Assembly (NCBI RefSeq): GCF_009834535.1
Contig: NC_045697.1
Location: 31,374,001 to 31,438,000, forward strand
Direction: 5' to 3'
DNA length: 64,000 nt
Origin: Camelus ferus
Lineage: Eukaryota
Within the stretch, counting starts at the first letter, position 1; each line of letters starts with the position of its first letter. Under the pieces are notes generated by a model that was not told the origin of the DNA, did no database searches, and saw only the letters and a program-made list of their open reading frames with translations. The translations under genes were made by a program, and so were the position numbers. Shown here in pieces: positions 54,681 through 64,000 of the stretch.

Positions 54681-57600
54681 AAAAGTGCCTTCTTTCTCTA
54701 CTCTTTTTTGCAAGGAATCACTTTATTTGTTGTTCCTTTGAGTCTTTCTTTTCCAGTTAAAAAAATTAGGGGGGTACTCTTTGACATTTTCCCCTAGAAA
54801 AGAGATATTAAAGTGGTTATTTATTAATTAATGCAAGCTCAGGGGAGATTACTTAACACAAATGATCCAAATTGATAAGTTTTACGTAGGAATAAGAAGA
54901 AATGAACAACCTGAGTGATTCTTGTTCTATCGATTAAGAACTGAAGACTAACATTGGCACATATTCAATAATTTACCTTGCAGGTCTTTTTTTTTTTTTA
55001 ATAATATAAGAAAAAGTTGGGTTTTTTGAATTACAGTTCTATTAATATGTCTCTATATATCTCCTGCACCTCTCCACTTTAATGATAATTGGATAAAGGA
55101 ATTTGTCATTGAAGGAAAGAGGTGGGTGAATGGTTCAGTCATCACTGAAAGAGACCTGGTCTAGAATCAATAGGGATTTGAGATTGCTGTTCAGCCCAGT
55201 AAGAAGAAAGAGTTGAGATGGGGGTGGTCAGGGAGTTGGGGGGCAGTCTTAGGAATGCACCAGGGAGTCATAACAAGAGGTGCTGCCAGACTCCATTCTT
55301 GTGTTATTTAGAGAAGCTTGGGTTCTCCATCCTGGTATAAACAAATGGGACATGTATTGCTCGTCTTTACAAACCTTGGTCAGTACAGATATAGAGCTGG
55401 TTTTAGGGAAGACCAAAACAAAACAAAACATTAAATATTATAAAGATTGCTTATGTTTCTGCTTCTCTCTCTGTTGGCTCCATTCTCTACTAATAAAAAT
55501 GAGCTGTCTCAATGCACTGGGTAACACAACATATGGCCTTCTGCTCAAATACTTCCAACCTATCAATCAGACATAAAGGGGAAACTGATTCGTCTAGTTG
55601 GGAACGTTTACCATTTGTGTGACCAGGGGAGTAGAACCTCTTATCAGAAGAAGGAGTGCCAGCACTGGCCTGTGGACCCTGTAAGCCAGATACCAACATA
55701 TCACCTAAGAGAAGGTCTTCTTTCTAGTGGAACCACTTGCAGACCACATGAGGTGTCCCTGTCAAAGAGGCTGAAGAAGCCGTGAATGACCTGGGTCATG
55801 TGAAATGCATCATTTCTATTTGCTTATCTTTATTTGAAAAAATTTGCTCAACATATATATTTTAAATTCTTTGGAAACCAGTTTAATGTTGGCAAGCACT
55901 GAGATAAATATTTTTGAACAACAATGGAATTGGCATTAGAAGGTAGGTGAAAAAATAATAAACATGTCATATATGTATGTATGATCATTTAAGACGTTGC
56001 TCATGAGGTTTTCCAAATCTAGTCAGAAAAACTATATATACATTTAATTTAATTAAAAAATACTTTAAAATACAGATTTTGTTCAAGTTAAATTATGCTA
56101 ACATTTATTGTACCATACAGAAAATTACTAAATATTATTTATCTGGTTAATTTACTTCTTTAGGGTTTTCTTGAAGCAGTTAGCCCTCAGTATGTTTTCT
56201 CAGGCATAAGTTGCACACTAACCCTTCTAGCTGAGATACAGAAGTATGTAAAAGGCCTTTGTTAGTGTGTTAACCACAAGAAAAAAAAGGAAAAGAAGTC
56301 TCCTTTTCTTTAGGCTTAGTGAAGAGTAATGGATGTAAATTAAAAATAAGTGAATAAATAAATAAGTAAATACATTTTAGAAATAAAAATACAGTATCTG
56401 AAATTTTAAAAAATCTTTATATAAATAAATGTACTAAAAAAATTAGAAAACATGCATATAAATTTGCCACAACAAATTAGGCTGAGAAAAATAATGTGAC
56501 ATCATGTATTTGTCAAACAACTTGTTTTAATTATTACAGATTAGACATAATATTTCTGGAAAACATTTATTTGGCATATGCTATGATATTCTGTATTGAA
56601 AAAAAATTAAAAGCCTTAATGGAATAAAAATAAAGGTAGATGTCAAAGACATAAAAATATTTACAGAGCTCTTTGGAAAAACAGATATTAAGACCCGATG
56701 GAACTGGATGACCAGCTGCTGGTGGAGGCTGTGGAAATGAAAACAGAAACTGGTAGACCACGCAGGAGAATAAGGTAATAATTCAGGAGAGTAAGACTGA
56801 TGTCTCGCACTAAGAGGTTAGTGACAAAAGAGCCATGATCTTGCAAACCTCAACTAATGCAAGGTGTGTTGAATCACTCCTGTCCTGTGGCCTGGTTAAA
56901 TGCTATGTTGTCTTAATTAAGAAATTCCTGGTTTTCTGCAACTGTTTGTAATCCTAGTTAGACTACACTTAGATTGCAGAAGTTTTTGTCTTAAAATAAG
57001 TGATTTTAGACCTCATGATAATAGCAACACCCATAGCCTAAATTCAGCTTTTAAGTAAGCTTGTAAAGTTCTTGTCTAATGTAAGTTTTTTTATTTCAGG
57101 ATGTATAAAGGAAGTTGGGAATACATAATATTTTATAGGCAATAAATTCAGTTGCTTCCTGAACAGGGAGAAAGTTAAGGTTAAATGAGATAATGCACTA
57201 GAGAGCAGTTTGATCTCTTTAGAAGAAAGTTCTGCAAATTATTACATTTTGTTTTTCTACACTTTATGGTGTTTATGCATATAACCACTCCATTTACCAT
57301 GCTTTTATAATTTTTTTTTTAATATGAGCAGAATTATTTCCTCATTACCAAACGATCTGAGCCTGGGTATATACTGTCTCTTTGTAGATAAATACCATGT
57401 GTGTCACAGAAGATGTTTAAATATACACGATTTTCTTCCCTTAAGAAAACTCAATACATATGTAGCATATTAAGAGTTGCTTATTCATTTTCCAAGGGAA
57501 TTCACCAAAAGAATTCAATCATTTAGTAAACTCCTTAATAAAATTTATTAAATTATCCAATTATGAAAATAGTCCATTGAAAAACATAATTACAGATATT

Positions 57601-60600
57601 TTAGAGATTATATTTATTGTGCAAAGAATTGTATTTTTGAATTGCTCTGGTGCTTTTACTATAGTCTTTTTTATTGGACTGCTTTAGTCTCTCCTTCCCA
57701 TTCTTACTGCCAGAAAAACATCAGATAACACAGCTCAGGGACAGAGATATGGGAAGACAAAGCAGTCTTTTATACTCTCTCATGTGAGAGGGCTTCTAAC
57801 ATGATATGCTCTGTCAGCTGCCGTTCTGCATAACTGTCAGAGAGTCCCCAGGTTCATCCGCAAAGCTTACTTCCTCACTGATTACCTCTGAAAATTTCGC
57901 TTCCTTTAACTCAACTTCAGTATCTCCAAATATAACTTCATGATACTATTTTAAGACCGTACTTTAAAACCCAACTGCAAATTTTTGGCCGTGGATCCAT
58001 CTGTTCATTTATTCATTCACCTATCAAAATACAATGAGAGACAGCATCCTACATCTATGACATCATGTAAATGAAGTCCCTTTTAACAAGACTCTCACAA
58101 TCTCACAGTCCAATAAGGGGTAAAATATACATATATATATACATATAGTATTTTACACTGTGTATTTACACAACATATACACATATATACACACATGCAT
58201 CTGTATGTGTGAATGTTTATGTAAGTATATGTATTTACACACATAACAAAAAATGCTGGGATAAAGATATGAACAAAGAACAATATTATATACATACACA
58301 TTGAGGAAACTGAGACAAAAGTAGGCCTATTTAACTTAGAATCTTACAAAAGGGCTATTTATTAGATTTTACTCAAATTAAGGAGCAACTCTGGATCTGA
58401 AAGGATATATGAACAATGCTAATTCATATTCTCTGGCTAGGAACTTTTGAGGAAAGAGAAAAGGACAGCTGCTCTGAATGCACTTGTGCTAGATGTAAAC
58501 TCTGTAATTAGAAAAAATATATATAATTATTTCACAATTTTACATAAAATAAATAGTAAATAATATACTACGAAATCACCAGTTGCCTACTTGTTGAAGC
58601 ACTTAAGAATCCTTAACAAGTGAGGATAAAAAATATCCTCACCCAAAATACATTTTTGTTTGCAGTACCAACATGCTTTTGCATCCCTGTGTTTGTGGCT
58701 ATCGAGATGCATGCACTGATACTGGCTTCTGTTCCTGGAACCCATTTGACAAATCACACAATCGCTTTGTCTTTGTTTATGCAAATAATAATCTTCATGT
58801 AATAACTTTTAAGACTGGATATGTTTTCCCCCAGTAAGTACTGTCTGATGTTGGCCAGCTGCTTTCCTTGGCTCATATAAATGTCATTTAGCTGCTGCTA
58901 TGGCTTCTGCCTCTCCAATGTGAGCATTTTGCGTATGGTTCTGAGGGACCAGTGGTCCTTCACTCACTGTCATGATAGTTTTAAGCCGCCTTTGTTGAAA
59001 GAATCACTTTCTGCTGAGGGCGTGAGAGGACACTGGATCTGCTCTCTGTGTAACCCGATGCTACTTCCTTTGTAACAGTAAAAAACAACAACAACAACAA
59101 CAACAAAAAAAAAACAACTCCATGTGAGCAAGAGTTCATGGGTGTAACTGTTCAGTCATTTTATGCTAAAATCTTAGCCTTCCAAATACAGTGAAGGAAA
59201 TGATTAAACTTGAGCCAGGACTTCAGGAAAGTCTTTACAGAGAAGGTGACATGAATTAAAGCTTCAAGGCTGAAGAAGCATCTTCCAGCAAAGGAGACGC
59301 AGAAGACCACATGATTGTTCTGCAGAGCAATGCACAATAAGAGCCAATTCAGCAGAGGACTGGAGTGCTTCTTATCTAGCTGTGCACAGCATTTCTTTCC
59401 TTTTATCCCACAAGCTTTTGAGAAAAGTCTCCAACACAGGAAAAAAGGGGAGAGGAACAAATTCTTCCTGACCTATGGGCTTTCACATATGCTACTTCCC
59501 CTGCTTTGAAGGGTTGACTCCTCTCCATACACACCACACCTAACCTGTCTCCCATATTCATATCCATCGTACCTTGTTCAGTCTTTGTTGGGGGTTGCCC
59601 CAAGAACAGCATGACCTTGGAAGCTGAGGGGCACTCTGGAGAACTGATAGCTAGAGGTTTCCAGCTGACCCATATTCTTTGCAGCTGGACAGCAAACCTT
59701 CGTTTTTTGAAGAGAATCAAGTGCGTCACATCTGTGTCTGCCACATTTCTATTGTTATTTATTTTTTTCCGCTTTGTGTTTCCCTGGCTACTTTATCCCA
59801 ACACAGATGTCAAAATGCAGTGCATAGATGAGAAAGTTTGACAATTAACCTTGGAGCTTAAAAAAAGAGACATCAAAGACTTTTTAAAATACAATCCACT
59901 TATAAAATATTCACCAGAAAATTTTGTGAGTTTGACAAACATATAAAACAATGAATTATTTAATGGCATTGATTTTAGATGGTAATTTTTTTAGACCTGA
60001 ATATATTTAATTTACCTAGATAATTAACTTTTACGAGATTCATCAATTACAAATTCTATTTATTTAATTTTTATACCCCATGTAACATTCTGGCAGCATC
60101 TGATCAGTCATTTTTATTCTTCAAATGCGAAGCAATATATATCTGGATAATTTATTAAAATGTATCTCTTAATCGTCTAGTTAGATGACATGAAATTGTG
60201 TAGAAAGAATGCACAAATGAATGAGTAGCTCTGACAGGGAGGGTTTTTTTTGAGAAAAATGTTTAAAACTAAATGAAATTTGGACTATATTGTATTCAAT
60301 AACACTGAGCCATGAAGCATTGAAAAAAAAGATAACTTGTTTATTCCATTAGAGTTTTGTGGTTTGGGATATTTCTAAGCAATATTAAATGCATTAGACA
60401 TCCAGGCAGCGAAAAATAAAACTTCAATTATATGGGTGAGAAATCCCCATAAGTCCTAGAATTTGCCATTGCTTTATTCCACCACTCTGATTGTGAAATG
60501 CTCTGATTTTTTAAATTCTCTTTCTTCTTAAGTATTATAATTTTCGCTGTTGTATTAAGTTGAAACTGGTAAAATAATAATCATAGCAAAATATTGTATT

Positions 60601-60789
60601 CCTTAAAATGTTTTCAGTTTTTAAATAGAGACATATTTCAAAAAAAGTCTAAAACAACAGTAAATATTTCTATTCATTGTTTCACTGGATGTACTGAAGC
60701 ATACTATTAACAATAGTTCCTATTGACATATACTGTTTCAGATATTGTAACTCGGCACTTATCACAGCTTCTTTTATTTTATCATTCCA

Positions 60790-60935
60790 ATACTGCTATG
60801 ATTATAAATATTATTATTTCCATTTTGCCATTGAAGAAACTCTGGCACAGAGAAGTTAGGCAATTTGCACCAATTTACTGAGTAAGCGTTAGAGTCAATA
60901 TGTGAAACAAGATTGTCTAACCTGCAGCCTGAGCT
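60790..60935 (-). mobile_element. MIR SINE
   Basis: 'ttattatttccattttgccattgaagaaactctggcacagagaagttaggcaatttgc'. Confidence 0.7.
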
Positions 60936-61329
60936 CACCCAGCAGCATTATCTAAATATACCTGCAAACAAACAAATTTGTGTTTCTACGCATGAAATCA
61001 CACTTGCTAACTGAAAACGAAGGGCAAAGGAAACAGGTAGCAGCTCTGATGTTTGAAAGGGAAGAATTAAATCACCAAGGAATGTAAACATAATTGTTTG
61101 ATATCTAGGAATAGAAAAAATAACACCCACCTCATCAGGTTTTTGTGAGAATTAAATGAGTAATTGCCATAAAATGAAGGAAAATGCTTATCAATATTCC
61201 TGATGCAGAGTACTCACTTAAAATACCAGTTTCTTCCCAGCAAAGCCTTCTCAGTGTAGGCAAAGCTGAAAAAGACAGAAAGACAGACTTTTAAGAGTAG
61301 CCTCCTGAAAGATACCAAATTAGACTTTG

Positions 61330-61333
<4 letters not shown>

Positions 61334-61362
<29 letters not shown>
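61334..61362. repeat. Poly(A) run of about 29 nt
   Basis: Directly visible. Confidence 0.95.
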
Positions 61363-61365
<3 letters not shown>

Positions 61366-61879
61366 TGAGTTTAGAGGACAGGTAAATCTTTCTCTATTAC
61401 CTTACAGATAAAATTAAAAAGCAAGCACTAGACAATAAAATTATTTTGAAAGGATATTACCTTTGTGGAGTAGGTAAAAGTTTGTAGAGCCAGCTTAAAA
61501 AATATATATGGTTCTTAGTGAGGTTGTGGATTTGTTCTTTGAGATAAAATTTCAAAATCAAATTGCAAGCTTTGAAATCTGATGCTGTTAATAAACTTCT
61601 TTTTTTTCACATAACACTTGAAATTTTGAGATGATTTCTAAGTACTTCCCTGTGTTTAGCAAACTCAGAGAGGGTTCACAAACAAATATACCCTTTCTGA
61701 AATATTGGAATACTGGGAAAAGTTGATTAAAACTTCTAGGAGAAAATAAACCCATCAATTCCAGCCCTATGTGAAAAGAAAAGAGAAAAATAGAAGTGTT
61801 ATGAAGATAAATCAAAATCACAAATATCTGCAAAGAAATAATTGTCTACTTGCAAATTATGAGCCTAATGAAAAATTAC

Positions 61880-62108
61880 TAGAACTTAGATAACAGCCCA
61901 GTGTTGAGTTCTGACTGCGAAGACTTGGATTTGATTTGTATCTTCCTTCACTACTTGTCAAACAATAATCACTTCATCTTCAGTATGCCATTCTCTAAAA
62001 TGGGGACAATAATATTATAGAGCATTTTTGGATAAAGATTAGATGACAGAATGCAAGCAAAGCACATGGCATGCTATATGGCAAATAATAGGAGCTCAGT
62101 AAATGTAA
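61880..62108 (+). mobile_element. MIR SINE
   Basis: 'ctctaaaatggggacaataata...aagattagatgacagaatgcaagcaaagcacatggcatgctatatggcaaataataggagctcagtaaatgt'. Confidence 0.7.
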
Positions 62109-62199
62109 AGTCATATACCTGCAAAGCAGATATGTGATCAATAGTCCAAAGATTATTATTTTCTTATATACCATTATATCCTATGAGAAAATGCAGAAG

Positions 62200-63700
62200 A
62201 AAGTTGTAACATGTTTACTTAAAAAAAAAGCTGTGAAGCATATATGAATAAAACTATGCAAATTTGTCCCAAGCTATAAAGGAAAATCTGAATAAACCTA
62301 AATAAAAGGAGACATATATCATGTTAATCACATGATATTTCTCACCAAAATATTCTAAAGATTCTTGCAATTACAAGCACAGCCCCAGCTTACAAATTCA
62401 CAAATTGATTGTAAAAAGTATAGGATGAATGTATATATGAATATGTCTAAGTCATTTTTTTTAAAAAAGAATGCCAATATTGATACATCTTGGATACATC
62501 TTACTTACTGACAACATATTGTAAGACCTTTTAGATCAATGTGGTCTTGACTGAGATACAAACAAATAGATACATGAACAAAATATAATTAAGAATATGG
62601 TATTTCAAATGAGGGGGGAAGCGATGGATTTAGGATTAGCAAAACCCATTTGAAAAAAATAAAGGTATATCTTTTATATATCTATACAGAAATTATACCT
62701 TATGTAGAAATTAATTTTTAGGTAAATGAAGGAACTAGTTAGAACAATTGAAACAAAAAATGTACTAGAAGACATATGGAAGATCACTGTTCATAATCTT
62801 GGAGTGTGGAAAGCTTTCCTAAGCTTAACAGAATCCAGAACAAGTGAGAAAAAATATTTACAGATATAAATACATAAAAATTAAAATTTTCAAAATTAAC
62901 TAAGCCAGGGAATGTGTGAACAACAGAAAAATATTAAAAACATATTGAAAAGGGCAACTATTTATTTATGCCTTTATACAAACACTGAAAATCAGTACAT
63001 TGCCATCCAATGGAAAAATGTCAAAATGTATGAAGTCAATTCTCACAATAGATTTTAAGTAGCCAATGCATATGTGCTCAACCTCACAAGTAATGAAATG
63101 AATGCAAATTAAAGCAAAAATTAACATTTTTTCTAACTAGATTAGAAAAATTAAGAAGATCAAAAATATCCAGAGTAGAAGCAATGTGGAGATGGAATAA
63201 GTGTTGGTGGAAAGAGATTGATACTCTGTTTTTCAAAGGACAATGTCACCAAATCTATACGTTTAAGTCACACTTGTACCTTGACTCAGAAAATCCACTT
63301 GTGAAATCAAATCAAACACAAATGTATGCTTATTTCACAAATACATTTGCAAGTATACTCATTGTAGTATTATAACTATAGAAAAATAGAAACAACCTAA
63401 TTATCCATCAGTAGGGGAATTCTTTCATGAACTTTCATATATGCATAATATAGAATTATATGTAGAACATGGAAACATTTAAGAACGTATTGTTGGGTAC
63501 AAACTCATACATTGCCATCACAGAAAAATAAAAACTACATAAATGTCCGTTAATAAAATTATTAGATTTATTTTTATATACTTATATTGCAGAATTATAT
63601 ATGCCATAACATGGTAAAATTTGATATGCTGTATTGTGAGATTAGCAATTTCATAATAATATGCATAGTATTACTCCATTTTTATAATTACACACTCTGA
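62200..63700 (+). mobile_element. Ancient L1 (L1ME-like) ORF2 end and 3' UTR, degenerate
   Basis: 'atgtgctcaacctcacaagtaat', 'ccttgactcagaaaatccacttg' and 'aaaaatagaaacaacctaattatccatcagtagggga' occur in L1 order. Confidence 0.75.
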
Positions 63701-64000
63701 CACAATACATACACACATACACAGACACATACACAGGCACATGATTCCTTATTTGATTGACTAATCAAAGACCTCCCAAGGATCCACATAACTGTTATCA
63801 TGTTAGATTAGTAGGTGAGAAGTTAATTTACTATATACAATGGATGCTTTAGGACATTTGGGCTTGTCTAGAGAATTCCCTCTTCCATTACAAAAGACTG
63901 AAAGGTGTGAAGCCACAAGACGGAAATGATGTGAGCCCTTGAATCACCAAGTAAATGAAAGATGCTCGCAAGCAACCTAGGGCATCTGTGTTGGATAGTT

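Noticed and set aside
57085..57240. Terminal exon (acceptor 'ttttttatttcag' then AATAAA) or ancient SINE tail
   Set aside because: Both motifs are common in AT-rich DNA, there is no partner exon, and the SINE similarity is too weak to call
1..64000. Novel multi-gene system, CRISPR array or prokaryote-like operon
   Set aside because: No long ORFs (longest listed is 129 aa), no repeat-spacer array, and mammalian repeats throughout; nothing in the sequence supports such a system

Overview
This is AT-rich, CpG-depleted mammalian nuclear DNA (intergenic or deep intronic). I found no supportable protein-coding gene, RNA gene, CRISPR array or prokaryotic system. The window is a mosaic of ancient eutherian repeats (L2, MIR, L1M, MaLR/ERVL/ERV1 LTRs, hAT and Tigger relics) and younger lineage-specific insertions. 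A tRNA-derived SINE resembling vic-1, plus three copies of one young L1 family, suggest a camelid genome (inference). Most listed ORFs are chance ORFs or L1 ORF2 fragments. The most notable items are: a ~0.9 kb retrocopy of a cellular mRNA 3' UTR; a CpG-rich patch inside an ancient L2; an unclassified CpG-retaining ~775 bp LTR-like segment; an 88 bp L1 with a perfect TSD; an L1 whose ORF2 zinc knuckle is deleted; and several nested insertions. Repeat family names come from my recall of consensus sequences, not a search. Boundaries of old repeats are approximate.
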